A stretch of 27,419 bases of DNA from a virus (taxonomy: Duplodnaviria > Caudoviricetes): positions 1 to 27,419 of IMG/VR virus record IMGVR_UViG_3300034354_000147; one strand, 5' to 3'. Both the position numbers and the translations under genes were made by a program. This document shows, in pieces, positions 1 to 9,408 of this stretch (its first letter is position 1; each line of letters starts with the position of its first letter). The notes under the pieces are model-generated. The model was given only the letters and a program-made list of their open reading frames with translations, did not search any database and was not told the DNA's origin.

Positions 1-1587
1 CTCGCGCTTGGGCCTCACCAACAGCTTGCGCGCCTGCGCGATGCGCTGGTTCATCTCGGCCTTTGTGACGCCTGCGCCGGCTGCGCGTGCAATCTTGCTC
101 GCATAGCCGCTGCGGGCCAGGCCGTCCTCGACGTGCGCGACCAGATCAACAATCTCGTTGAACAGCGAGGCCCGGACGGCCGGGTCGTCGGCAGCATCTA
201 CGCCGCCGGCGCGCAAGATCTCCTGCAACTCCAACTCGATCAGATCATCGCCAGCGCGGCGGATCGCATCGAAGCGCCCAGCTGCGCCTGCACCCATTTG
301 CGCCGTCCACTCGGCCGCGTCGATCTTCGAGGCCGCGATCTGCTGGACCAGCCACGCGCGCTGCGCCTCGTCGGGCAGGATGCGCGCGATGATGTTCTTG
401 CGCTCGATCGGCTCGCTGCGCTCCAGCTCCGCGAAGGACTCAGCACCCAGGATGTGCAAGACCTCGTCGCGCGCTGCCTGCTGCTCAGCGCCCAGCGGCA
501 GCGTCAGAATCTTCACCACCAGGCCGCGCTCTGCCAGCTGTCGTCCGACGCGCCGTGCGGCCCAGTTGCCGCTGCCTGACAGCTCGTTGTCGAACAGTAC
601 CTCAACGCGCCGGATCTTGTTCTCGCGCGCCTTCTGCGTGAAGCGCTCGAGATCAGTGGCGTTGAAGCTTATCGTCACCGGCGAGACCACCGGGACGCCC
701 AGGCTAGACAGCGCAACTGCATCGGCCACACCCTCGGCCACCACCACCGAGTCCGCGGTGCTCATCACCGGCTCGTTGTAGAGGTGGTTGTTCGTGACGC
801 GCTCGCTGATGTATGGGCGCGTCTCGCTGTGCACGCTCAGCTTGTGGTACTTCGGCGGGCGCGCGCCGTTGTCTAGCGGTGGCGTCCAGGGCGTTGCGCG
901 GCCGATCAAGTAGACGGCGCGCCCGTGGACGAGGTAGGGGAAGGTCACGCGGCCCTCGAATCGCGTGCGCCAGCGGCCGTCATTCTGAAACCATCCCAGG
1001 CCGCTGGCCTTGAAGGCGTCGCGCGATGCCTGCTGCTGGGACTCGAGCACCAGCGCCGGTAACAGCGGGCTGGACATGAATCCGATTCCGTAGGCCTCGA
1101 CCGTCGCCAGGTCGAAGCCCCACTTCTCCTGCACCCAGGCCAGCACTTGGGGCGTGTTCAGCAGGTGCTGGTGCGCCAGCATCGAGAACAGGTGCACGAC
1201 GTCGAGCCCGCCATCGCTGCTGATGCGGTTCTCGTCGAAAGGAATGCCGTACTGCTGGCAGAGCCAGAGGACCGCCTGGGAGTGCAGGCTGCTGCCGCCC
1301 TGCGTTCCGCCGTGGCTCGGCGCGCGGCCGCCGCTGAGCACGTACTCGACCAGCTGGATCAGGTCGCCGCGTACGCCCGCGTGCTGGCAGGCCTTGCAGT
1401 TCCACCGCCCCGTGTGGAGGTTGATCTGGAGGGACTCACCGCTTGTCGACTCGTGGCAAAGCGGCTTGCAGTAGGCCTCGCTTCCAATCCTGCGCGCTTC
1501 AACGAGGCCTAGTCGTCGTATCAGGTCTGACGCATCTAGGTGTGGACGAAGCTGGTCATAGATCGACGGGCGGCGCGGCAGGCTCAT
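1..1587 (-). CDS. dnaG: DnaG-type DNA primase (Zn-binding + catalytic core + TOPRIM), 3' end outside the window
   Basis: Not in the ORF track because there is no stop in the window. Manual translation from ATG 1587 gives MSLPRRPSIYDQLRPHL...YCKPLCHE...RWNCKAC (CHC2-like Zn finger), RFEGRVTFP...LIGR...PKY, VVVAEGVADAVAL and VLFDNE (TOPRIM). Open for 529 codons to position 1. Confidence 0.85.
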   Translation of the reverse strand, partial: MSLPRRPSIYDQLRPHLDASDLIRRLGLVEARRIGSEAYCKPLCHESTSGESLQINLHTGRWNCKACQHAGVRGDLIQLVEYVLSGGRAPSHGGTQGGSSLHSQAVLWLCQQYGIPFDENRISSDGGLDVVHLFSMLAHQHLLNTPQVLAWVQEKWGFDLATVEAYGIGFMSSPLLPALVLESQQQASRDAFKASGLGWFQNDGRWRTRFEGRVTFPYLVHGRAVYLIGRATPWTPPLDNGARPPKYHKLSVHSETRPYISERVTNNHLYNEPVMSTADSVVVAEGVADAVALSSLGVPVVSPVTISFNATDLERFTQKARENKIRRVEVLFDNELSGSGNWAARRVGRQLAERGLVVKILTLPLGAEQQAARDEVLHILGAESFAELERSEPIERKNIIARILPDEAQRAWLVQQIAASKIDAAEWTAQMGAGAAGRFDAIRRAGDDLIELELQEILRAGGVDAADDPAVRASLFNEIVDLVAHVEDGLARSGYASKIARAAGAGVTKAEMNQRIAQARKLLVRPKRE

Positions 1588-1748
1588 CCTGGCGGAATCC
1601 CCTGGTCCCCCCTGCTCCCTGGTCGACGAGCCGACCAGCCTGGGGGGCTGCAGGTCAGCGCGGCAGCAGCCAGGTCAGTGGCATGGCGTCCCTGGTCCTG
1701 GCTGCTGCAGCGCGTTCTAACGAAGTTGCGAGCCCCGCGCGAGCCTTC

Positions 1749-4055
1749 CTAGCTGACGTCTCCCCCAGATGGCCCAGAAATGGGTTGTGCACAGGTTGTC
1801 CCCAGGGAAGACGCAAGCGCCGCGCGCGGCTGCCAGCCGTGGACGAGGAAGGATCCGAAAGTCTGGCGCGTCGCGCTCTTGCGCTCCTGCGCGAAGTGTC
1901 GCAGGCCAGAGCGGTCGCCCAGGATGATGAGCGCCTCGGCCGCACGGCTGCAGCCGGTGTAGAGCAGGTTGCGGTCGTGCATGTTCCAGTGGCTGCTGCT
2001 GGCGACCAGCAGAACGAAGGGCCACTCGCTGCCTTGCGCCTTGTGGATCGTCATCGCGTAGGCGACCTCGACGTTGTTGCGCTTGTCGCCAGGGATCTCG
2101 ACCTCACGCCCGTCTTCGGTATAGAGGTGCATGCTGCCCTTCGCGCCGAAGCCGGTCACGATTGCCTGCGTGCCGTTGAACAGGTCCAGCTGGTAGTCAT
2201 TCTTCGTCCAGATAATCCTGTCACCGACCAGCGGCTTCGGCCGCTCGCCATCCTTCACCAGCTCGGGCACCGGGTTGCCCAGCAGCCGCTGCCGCAGCTT
2301 TTGCAGCTCGACGTTCAGCGCATAGGTGCCCAGCTGGCCCTTGCGCTGCGGGGCCAGAACCTGAATGTCCCAGGCAAAGTCCAGCAGGCGGCCGAATGGC
2401 GCCAGCGGCTCGGCAGCAGTAGCGAGGGCCTCGATTAGCTGCGCAGCGACGCTCGCGGCCGCCTCTTCGCTGCCCTTCTCGGTCGGCTCGATTCCCCAGA
2501 CCTCGTTGTTCGTCGCGACCACCACGCCGTCCAAGATCGCCGTGGTGTTGCGGGCCAGGTCGCCAGCCTGGCGCACAATCTCACGCAGGACATGGATTGC
2601 CGGGCTGCTGGCCGTAAGCAGGTCGCGCAGGATCGCGCCGGGACTCACGCTCGGGATCTGGTGGTGGTCGCCCACCATCAGCAGACGACAGCCCTTCGGC
2701 AGCGCCAGCAGCAGCGAGCGCATGAGCTTGATGTCCACCATGGAAACCTCGTCGACGATGACCAGATCAACGTCGAGCGGGTTCTCAGGCCCGCGCAGAA
2801 ACCGGAAGCGACCGGTCATCTCGTCGTAGCTCGGCTCGAGCAGGCGGTGAATCGTCTTGGCCGGGCGCTGCGTCGCGTGCGACAGCTTGCGCGCAGCCTT
2901 GCCGGTGGGGGCGCACAGCTCGACCTGCAGCAGGTTCTCCTCGGAGATCTCACAGACGGCGTTCATGGTGTAGGTCTTGCCCACCCCAGCGCCGCCAGTA
3001 ATGACCGAGAACAGGTGCGTGACGAAGCCCCAGACCGCCTTGGCCTGGTCCTTGTTCAGCGTCTGCAGAACCGCCTGCGCGCGCGGCCCGTCGAACTTCA
3101 GCGCGCCAGTCTCCAGCGCCTCGAGATTGGCCTGCAGCCCCGCCAACAGTCGGCGGAAGACGTCGAACTCGGCCTCCGCCATGCGCGCGTCCGCGACGAC
3201 CTCATCGCCATTGGGCGCGATGTCGACGTGCACTAGGCCGCTGGCGATCAGCTGCTCGAGGCTGTCCTTGATCCGGTCCTCGCCGTCGAGCGTGTCGGGG
3301 CGTAGCTCAAGGATGGCGGCGCCGATCAGGCCCTCGCGCGTCGTCCATGTATCGCCGCTGCCGCCCATCTGGTCCAGGCAGTAGGCGACGCCCGCGGCCA
3401 GGCGGCCGGGGTCGTTGGCAGCAACGCCCATCTGGCGCGCAACTGCGTCGACCGTGCGGAAGCCGAACCGCGGGATCTTGCCGATCAGCATGTAAGGGTC
3501 GCGCTTCACCATGGCCGGCGCGTTTTCCCCAAAGACGTGCATGATGGTCTGGGCCTGCGCGTTGCTCCAGCCCTGGTCGCAGAGCAGCGCCAGCGCGTCG
3601 AAGTAGCTGCGCTTGCTGTTCCAGACCTGCGCAGCGTTCTGCACGATCTCGAGCGGGCAGCCAGCGGCCTCCGCGATCTGGGCGGTGTAGGTTGCCAGCG
3701 CGTTCGCGATGTCCCCGTCCGCGCCCAGGCGCAGCGCAGCCTCAACCACCCGGCGTGCGCGCGCGGGCCCAAGCCCCTTGAAGCGACTGTCGCTGGCGAG
3801 CAGGTGCGCCAACGCCTCGGGGCTGTCGTCCATCTTGACGCGCCCCGTCTCGGCGTTGAACTGCCGACCAAAGCGCTCGTGCACGCCCCAGGCGCCCGTG
3901 ATCTCGAGCTTGTCGCCGACCTGGGCGACGCACTTCCCGCTGAACCGGACCTCGGCTGCGCCGTCCTCGGGCGCCAGGACCCCGGCCATGAAGCAGGTGT
4001 CAGAATTGGAAAAAAAGACGCGGCGCACGGTGCCGCGGATCGTCTCAGTCTGCAT
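1749..4055 (-). CDS. recD2: RecD2/TraA-family SF1B helicase
   Basis: N-terminal OB-like region and HhH motifs (FKGLGPARA, IPRFGFRTVD), Walker A GGAGVGKT, APTGKAA, VDEVSM, VGDHHQIPSV, AYAMTIHKAQGSEW, LLYTGCSRA. Confidence 0.92.
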   Translation of the reverse strand: MQTETIRGTVRRVFFSNSDTCFMAGVLAPEDGAAEVRFSGKCVAQVGDKLEITGAWGVHERFGRQFNAETGRVKMDDSPEALAHLLASDSRFKGLGPARARRVVEAALRLGADGDIANALATYTAQIAEAAGCPLEIVQNAAQVWNSKRSYFDALALLCDQGWSNAQAQTIMHVFGENAPAMVKRDPYMLIGKIPRFGFRTVDAVARQMGVAANDPGRLAAGVAYCLDQMGGSGDTWTTREGLIGAAILELRPDTLDGEDRIKDSLEQLIASGLVHVDIAPNGDEVVADARMAEAEFDVFRRLLAGLQANLEALETGALKFDGPRAQAVLQTLNKDQAKAVWGFVTHLFSVITGGAGVGKTYTMNAVCEISEENLLQVELCAPTGKAARKLSHATQRPAKTIHRLLEPSYDEMTGRFRFLRGPENPLDVDLVIVDEVSMVDIKLMRSLLLALPKGCRLLMVGDHHQIPSVSPGAILRDLLTASSPAIHVLREIVRQAGDLARNTTAILDGVVVATNNEVWGIEPTEKGSEEAAASVAAQLIEALATAAEPLAPFGRLLDFAWDIQVLAPQRKGQLGTYALNVELQKLRQRLLGNPVPELVKDGERPKPLVGDRIIWTKNDYQLDLFNGTQAIVTGFGAKGSMHLYTEDGREVEIPGDKRNNVEVAYAMTIHKAQGSEWPFVLLVASSSHWNMHDRNLLYTGCSRAAEALIILGDRSGLRHFAQERKSATRQTFGSFLVHGWQPRAALASSLGTTCAQPISGPSGGDVS

Positions 4056-4138
4056 TTCTTTCCTAGGCCGCCCGGGTGGCTTTGCCGGCTGTTGCCGGCG
4101 CCCGGTGCAGGGCCAGGGGACCTTACCCTAGGAATCCG

Positions 4139-4606
4139 CTACAGGACGGGTTCTGCCTGGGATTCAGCCTGAGGCCGCGGGAGAGCCCTAAGCTTCTTGT
4201 CGGCCATGCGCAGCAGCGCGCCGGCCAGCAGCTGCGCCTCGGCACGGCTGCCAGCCAGGTAGACCGGGACCGCCTGGCAGATGGAGATCTCGGCCACGAA
4301 GCCGAGCACGACCTCAGGGTGCACCTGGCTCTTGTAGCTGTGCGCCATGATCTCGCGCACGCCCGCCTCGACGACCACGCAGCGGAAGTCGTAGCCACGC
4401 AGGAGCTCCAGCTCGCGGTAGAAGCGCTGGCGCTCGCGGATGACAGTTCCAACCAGGTCATCCAGGCTCTTGCGCTCGATCGCAACGCGCTGCTCGAGAC
4501 CGACCAACGAGTAGTCGCCAGCCGCCAGCTTGCCGCGCACGGTTGTCACGGGCTGGCCCTCGAACGTCCACGGCGCCTGCTCGCGCGTGTCGACCACGAT
4601 GCGCAT
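4139..4606 (-). CDS. ERCC4-domain (XPF/Mus81-like) structure-specific nuclease
   Basis: IVVDTREQ...GDYS...IERKS..DL catalytic motif in a stand-alone 155-aa protein. Confidence 0.88.
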   Translation of the reverse strand: MRIVVDTREQAPWTFEGQPVTTVRGKLAAGDYSLVGLEQRVAIERKSLDDLVGTVIRERQRFYRELELLRGYDFRCVVVEAGVREIMAHSYKSQVHPEVVLGFVAEISICQAVPVYLAGSRAEAQLLAGALLRMADKKLRALPRPQAESQAEPVL

Positions 4607-4725
4607 GCGGGCAGGGTATCAATGAGGGCGCCCGCGACGCCATGGCAAGCGTCGCGGGCGCTGATGTCGCGGTCACGTTTTGCCCGGGGCCACCAAGGAG
4701 CGGAAACCCCTAGACACCGCCCAGC

Positions 4726-5589
4726 CTAGAAAGGCGTGGGCTCGACTGCCATCGGATCGTCCGCATCCCCACCCGCCGGGGCGTAGGGCATGGCGGGTGT
4801 GTCGCTAAATCCGCGCAGCGGCGTAGGCGCCCGTGGCGCCGCCGGTGCGGCCGGTGCCTGCATCGGAGGCACAGGCGCAGGCAGAGGCGCAAGCCCGCTG
4901 ACTGCAGGGGGCGTGCGCGCAGCCTGCGGCGGCATCGGGCGCGTAGCCGGCGGCTGGACGGGCGGCCCGGCAGGCACGACGGCCGGAGGCGCACCGACCA
5001 CAGCGGGCTGGAGCGGCGGCTGGACTGCAGGCGTCGGCATGGGGGGGGGAGCAGGCGCCTGGCCGCCGCGCGCGCCGCCAGCGATGGCCCTAGTGCCGCC
5101 CTGGAACCGCTGCTTCAGGCTCGCTAGCAGCGACTGGTCCACTGGCGAGAAGCCGCCAGCGCGCGGCTCGTCCGCGTCCGGGTTGACCCAGTTTGCCCGC
5201 CAGCGCACCTTGCCCTCGTAGGTTTCCTGATCGACGTCGAGGTGCACGAAGACGCTCGGCGGCGGACCAGCCAGCTTGTCCCAGTCGCCGTCCCAGAGCT
5301 TGCACGCCTGCAGGTTGGCGACGCTGGCGTCGTTCAGGCTGCCGTCCTTCTTCACGACCCAGACCCTGGCCTCGGTGTAGAAACCGGGAGGGTAGTCCTG
5401 GCTCCACTGCTTCTCGTTCGGGTGCCAGCGGTGAACGATTCCGAAGCGAATGGCAATGGCCACCGCCTGTGACGGCTGGCCCCTCTCGTCCTTGCTGGTG
5501 CTGCGCTCGATCGTCCACTGCAGCGGGAAGCCTCTGTAGATGGCCTTCTCGCTGACAGGTGTTTGCATGTACTCTTCGATGCTAGTCAT
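4726..5589 (-). CDS. Putative ssDNA-binding protein (beta-rich N-domain, long Pro/Ala linker, acidic-aromatic C-tail)
   Basis: Lies directly after the Sak4-like ATPase, the usual position of a partner SSB. Ends ...GGDADDPMAVEPTPF. Confidence 0.55.
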   Translation of the reverse strand: MTSIEEYMQTPVSEKAIYRGFPLQWTIERSTSKDERGQPSQAVAIAIRFGIVHRWHPNEKQWSQDYPPGFYTEARVWVVKKDGSLNDASVANLQACKLWDGDWDKLAGPPPSVFVHLDVDQETYEGKVRWRANWVNPDADEPRAGGFSPVDQSLLASLKQRFQGGTRAIAGGARGGQAPAPPPMPTPAVQPPLQPAVVGAPPAVVPAGPPVQPPATRPMPPQAARTPPAVSGLAPLPAPVPPMQAPAAPAAPRAPTPLRGFSDTPAMPYAPAGGDADDPMAVEPTPF

Positions 5590-5630
5590 AGTCTGTTTGT
5601 CGGCTCGATGTGACTTAGGTTGCTGGCAGG

Positions 5631-6488
5631 TTAGATAATCTCCAGCGCGCGCCAGATGGCGCCGGGATCGTTCAGGTCGTAGGCCATAGTGACGGCCTTG
5701 CTTCTGGTCTTGGCAATGTGCGTCGGCTGCTCGGTGGTGTAGATCGTCCGCGTCCCGCTGCCCTGGGCCTTGTTGCTTCCCTCAGGCACGAAGACGTCGT
5801 AGCCGATGAACAGCACCTGCTCGGCCCAGTTCTTGATGCGGTTGCGGATGTTGGCGTCGCCCTTCTTGTCGCCCGGGTAGAGCGCGGGCTGCCACTGCAG
5901 GAAGTCGTCGCCAGCAGGGTGCGGGACGACAGCTGCCACGACGTGGCAGACCAGGCAGACGATGAGGCCCTTGGCGTTCAGCCGGTCGAGGTCTGCCAGG
6001 AGCCCGTTGAACTCCTCGTAGACGAACTTCCAGCCTTTGCCCCAGCCATAGCCCTCGATCGAATCAACCACGTTGCCCTTCTCGGTGCGCCGGGTCTCGA
6101 TCACGTACTCGCGCGCGAACTCCTCGGCCACAGACGCTGTGTCGATGACCACGCTGCGCACGCCCTTCGGGGGCGACGCCTCGATCGCTGCCAGCTTGCC
6201 GCGCAGGGTTGGCCAGTCGCCAACGTACTCACGCGTGACCGGCAGCTTCTTGGTGCTTTTCTCGGTGTCGAGGAACAGCGCCCCAGGCAGCCAGGCCGCC
6301 AGGGTGCTCTTTCCAATGCCGCCCGTGCCGAAGATGACGATCCGATCCGGCGCCGTGTCCAGTCCTGACGACAGGTTGAGCGGGATGGCGATGGGAATCG
6401 TTCTGGCCGGGCTTCGCTTCTGTGGCTGCTGCGCGCCTCCCTTGGCCGGTGCAGCAGGTGCGGGCGGTGCCGCAGGTCGCGTTGTCAC
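5631..6488 (-). CDS. AAA_24 / Sak4-like ssDNA-annealing ATPase
   Basis: IVIFGTGGIGKST Walker A, LFLDTE, SVVIDT Walker B, IEGYGWGKGW motif, HIAKTR. GTG start with GAAAGG upstream. Confidence 0.85.
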   Translation of the reverse strand: MTTRPAAPPAPAAPAKGGAQQPQKRSPARTIPIAIPLNLSSGLDTAPDRIVIFGTGGIGKSTLAAWLPGALFLDTEKSTKKLPVTREYVGDWPTLRGKLAAIEASPPKGVRSVVIDTASVAEEFAREYVIETRRTEKGNVVDSIEGYGWGKGWKFVYEEFNGLLADLDRLNAKGLIVCLVCHVVAAVVPHPAGDDFLQWQPALYPGDKKGDANIRNRIKNWAEQVLFIGYDVFVPEGSNKAQGSGTRTIYTTEQPTHIAKTRSKAVTMAYDLNDPGAIWRALEII

Positions 6489-6507
6489 GTTCGTATCCTT
6501 TCAGGTT

Positions 6508-7506
6508 TCAGTCAGCCAGCTCGGGATGCTTGTGCTCCCGCTGGCGGTAGCCGGGCGGGATAGGCTGTCCCTCCCTCGGCTGCTCGTTGTGGCTGCAGAG
6601 CGCGAAGAAGTCGCACGGGCGGCCGAACTCGAAGCAGGCGTCAGGGTTTCGCGGCCGCAGGCCCATCGAGCCGGCTAGCTCGAGCAGCTCCATCTGGTCG
6701 CCCAGGTCTGCGCGCAGCGCCTCGAAGTCCTGCGCGATGCGGTCGACGGTGCGACGCGCGAAGTAGTAGCCGGGCCGGTCGCCGATGTCCGCGGTCAGCC
6801 GCGCGCCGTAGAGCGCGATGCTCTCTCGGCCCTCCTCTAGCGGCCACTCCAGCATGCTCATGTCGAACAGCTCGTCGTAGTAGCGCGCAACGCCCTGCGC
6901 GAGCAGCTCCTTGTTCAAGCGCGCGAGATCCTTCTTCTCCAGGCGCTTCGGCTCGATCGTCGGCTTGCGCACGACGTCGTAGAGCACGAACGACGGCAGC
7001 TCTCCGAAGCGCTGCATGTAGGCCAGGGCGTAGATGCCGGTCTGCGGGTCCATGCGAAGGCGGTTCCAGTACTTCGCCTCCGGTTCGACGCTCTCGCCAG
7101 CTGTCTTTAGCTCGATGATTCCGCGTCGGCCGTCCTCGATCCGCACGACGGCATCGACCTTGCCGCGCAGCCGACGGCCGTTCAGCGTGACGTCGAACTT
7201 CCACTCGGAATCAACGACACGCAGCGGCTGACCCTGCCAGTGCCAGCTGTAGGCAGCGTAGAGGCGCCGCAGCTTCTCGGCCCAGAGCAGCGACGGTGCA
7301 CGCGCGTTGATCGCGGCATAGCCGCCGTTGGCGTCGTCAATCCGCGCGGCGTGCTCATGCGCAGCGTGCCAGGTGTGGCCGACGCTGAGCGTTTCCGACG
7401 GTTCACCCGTGTCGGGTTCCAGCAGCCAGTTGTAGGCCAGGTCGTACTTCGTCAGGCAGAGCCGGCCGGTGCTCAGGCTGCTGTTGGTGTAGGTCTCTTC
7501 GATCAT
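6508..7506 (-). CDS. PD-(D/E)XK exonuclease, Cas4/AddB-like, with a probable Fe-S cluster
   Basis: SSLSTGRLC...VGHTWH...E.....LRGKVD...IIELKT...QTGIY, plus C-terminal ACFEFGRPCDFFALC (1+3 Cys arrangement). Confidence 0.85.
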   Translation of the reverse strand: MIEETYTNSSLSTGRLCLTKYDLAYNWLLEPDTGEPSETLSVGHTWHAAHEHAARIDDANGGYAAINARAPSLLWAEKLRRLYAAYSWHWQGQPLRVVDSEWKFDVTLNGRRLRGKVDAVVRIEDGRRGIIELKTAGESVEPEAKYWNRLRMDPQTGIYALAYMQRFGELPSFVLYDVVRKPTIEPKRLEKKDLARLNKELLAQGVARYYDELFDMSMLEWPLEEGRESIALYGARLTADIGDRPGYYFARRTVDRIAQDFEALRADLGDQMELLELAGSMGLRPRNPDACFEFGRPCDFFALCSHNEQPREGQPIPPGYRQREHKHPELAD

Positions 7507-7510
7507 GGCT

Positions 7511-7972
7511 TTAGAACGGATCGTCGTCGCTGGTCTGCGGCGCCAGCTGCGGCGGCTGTTCGGGTGGCAGCTCTGGCACGAACACCGTCTTGCCGATGCC
7601 AGGCGATCCCCTGACGCAGGAGCGCGTATCGCCGAGCGGATCGGTCCCGGTCTGGGTGTAGGTTCCGTCCCACTGGATCTTGAATCCGTGGCGCTCTTCT
7701 AGGCGGCTCAGCTCCTCGCGGAACTTGCGGAAGCGTTCCAGATCCTCAACGTCGGTTGTGTCGCCGAGGATCTCCTTCGCCCGCAACGTCAGCGGCCAGT
7801 TCTCGGGGTCGGTCGCGGCGTCCCATTGGCTGTCGACGTACTCGCGCATCAGCTGGTACATAACTAGGCGTTCTTCGGGCGTCATAGATTCCTCTGCAGC
7901 AACCAGCTGGTCGGCGCCCCAGCAAGTGACGTAGGACTTGGCGATGCCGCCGTCGCCGTGGATCTCGATCAT
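7511..7972 (-). CDS. Hypothetical protein (153 aa) ending in an SSB-like DDDPF tail
   Basis: Likely start is ATG 7972 (MIEIHGDGG...), 8 nt after the upstream stop. The longer track start (8053) overlaps the DUF6011 gene. Confidence 0.65.
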   Translation of the reverse strand: MIEIHGDGGIAKSYVTCWGADQLVAAEESMTPEERLVMYQLMREYVDSQWDAATDPENWPLTLRAKEILGDTTDVEDLERFRKFREELSRLEERHGFKIQWDGTYTQTGTDPLGDTRSCVRGSPGIGKTVFVPELPPEQPPQLAPQTSDDDPF

Positions 7973-7980
7973 CTGGGGAC

Positions 7981-8475
7981 CTAGCGCCGGCTGGCGCACT
8001 CGGGCCCGATGCCCGCGTCGATCGACTCCGGCACCGTCAGCTTCCGGTTGCACACGCAGCAGCGCGACTCGCGCTGCAGGCGGCAGCCCTCGCTGTAGGC
8101 GTTGCCCTTCTCACCGCGGACGGCTAGGTCGCACCAGATGGACAGCTTGCGCTCGAAGGCGCTCCAGCCGGTGGCCCAGTGGTAGCCGTCGATGGGTGCC
8201 TGGCCATCGAGAGGATCGCCGCGGAAGCGGCGCCAGACGTTGACCCGCTTGTTGGCGTCGTCCCAGAACGCGACGGCCGTGTAGTCGGTCTCGTTGCTGG
8301 GCCCCGTGAGCAGCGACAGGATTCGCTTGCCAGCAAGCTCCCCCTTGGTGCTGGTCCAGAGCTTGACGGTGAAGTGGCCGCGGGCTGGGTGGCTGACCGT
8401 GTAGGTGCCGTTGTGGACGTTCGGGGCGGCGGCCTGGATTGCCGCGATCGTCGCGGCGTCGAACTGGCGAGGCAT
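7981..8475 (-). CDS. DUF6011-domain phage protein
   Basis: C-terminal CCVCNRKLTVPESIDAGIGPEC motif, N-terminal LLTGPSNETDY motif, GAAAGGA RBS. Confidence 0.8.
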   Translation of the reverse strand: MPRQFDAATIAAIQAAAPNVHNGTYTVSHPARGHFTVKLWTSTKGELAGKRILSLLTGPSNETDYTAVAFWDDANKRVNVWRRFRGDPLDGQAPIDGYHWATGWSAFERKLSIWCDLAVRGEKGNAYSEGCRLQRESRCCVCNRKLTVPESIDAGIGPECASRR

Positions 8476-8572
8476 TGGATTCCTTTCGAACGGCGCCGGC
8501 TTGATGTGGCGCTAGCGTTCAGGCCCAACCTTACCCGGCTGCCAGGGCCCAGGCTGTGATTTTGGGGCTTTC

Positions 8573-8609
8573 TAAAACAGAGGGCCCCCCGGGCAGCCGA
8601 GAGGCCCTT
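8573..8609 (-). terminator. Intrinsic terminator after the 8640-9068 gene
   Basis: Minus strand AGGGCCTCTCGG-CTGC-CCGGGGGGCCCT stem-loop followed by CTGTTTTA. Confidence 0.65.
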
Positions 8610-8639
8610 CCTTCCGGCCTGGCCGGGAAGATCCCCTAC

Positions 8640-9068
8640 CTAGCCCGGCCTGTTCTTGGGCGCCACCACGGGCTCAACCGGCTCGGTGGGCGCCGGCGCC
8701 TTGCGCTGCACTTCGGCGGCAGCGTTGGCCTTCTTTTCCTCCTCGGTCAGCGGCCGCAGGCTGCGGGCCTTGCGTTGCGCGTCGCTCAAGTTATAGGGCC
8801 AGCGGCCAGCTTCCTCCGCAGCGTTGCGCGCGCGCCCTTCGGGCGTTGCGGCCTCGGTGTTGCGGTGCGCCTTCAGCTGCTCGGGCGTCATCGCCGCGCG
8901 CGCCTTGGCATCGGCCTCCTCGCCTGCGGTGCGCGTGGTGGACCTGTCGATGGGCGCGCAGCCGAAGCCCCAGGAGTCGAGGGCGCTCTTGACGTTGTTC
9001 GGAACGTCCTCCGTCGCGAGGATCGCGCACTTCAGGTACTGCTGTACGGGTGTGATCTGCTCGGGCAT
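8640..9068 (-). CDS. Hypothetical protein (142 aa, Ala/Glu/Pro-rich)
   Basis: AAGGAAA RBS, GC3-rich codons, followed by a terminator. Confidence 0.7.
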   Translation of the reverse strand: MPEQITPVQQYLKCAILATEDVPNNVKSALDSWGFGCAPIDRSTTRTAGEEADAKARAAMTPEQLKAHRNTEAATPEGRARNAAEEAGRWPYNLSDAQRKARSLRPLTEEEKKANAAAEVQRKAPAPTEPVEPVVAPKNRPG

Positions 9069-9117
9069 TGAGAGTTTCCTTCTAAGTGAACTGGGTCGAG
9101 TGAACGGATAGGCGGGG

Positions 9118-9405
9118 CTAGGCGAGCGCGCTGGCAGCCAGCGCCAGCGCGCCCTGGATCAGACCCAGGATGCGGTGGTCGGCCTTGTCTGCGTCCTCAG
9201 CAACTTCTAGACCGGCATGGATCGCGGTGCGGTTGCGCTCGGCGCGCAGAGCCTGGCTGAATCCAGGCTCATTGACGATCGTGGACAGGTGCAGAGCGCG
9301 CGCGCTCATGAACTCCGCGACCGAGTCGAGGCTCTCCTTCAGGTCGACGCCCGTTTCCTTGACAGCATCCGCTAGGAGTTGCTTGAACTGCTTCGTGGTG
9401 TCCAT
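9118..9405 (-). CDS. Hypothetical helical protein (95 aa) with a hydrophobic C-terminus, in the lysis-like cluster
   Basis: Starts 3 nt after the lipoprotein stop and ends ILGLIQGALALAASALA. Confidence 0.7.
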   Translation of the reverse strand: MDTTKQFKQLLADAVKETGVDLKESLDSVAEFMSARALHLSTIVNEPGFSQALRAERNRTAIHAGLEVAEDADKADHRILGLIQGALALAASALA

Positions 9406-9408
9406 GGC

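Noticed and set aside
5041-5049. G9 homopolymer (and C9 at 18518-18526) as phase-variation tracts
   Set aside because: The first encodes Pro-Pro-Pro in a Pro-rich linker with an intact frame. The second is part of a terminator hairpin.
6508-7506. Cas4-like gene as evidence of a CRISPR-Cas system
   Set aside because: No repeat-spacer array or other cas genes. Its context (Sak4, SSB) is a standard phage recombination module.
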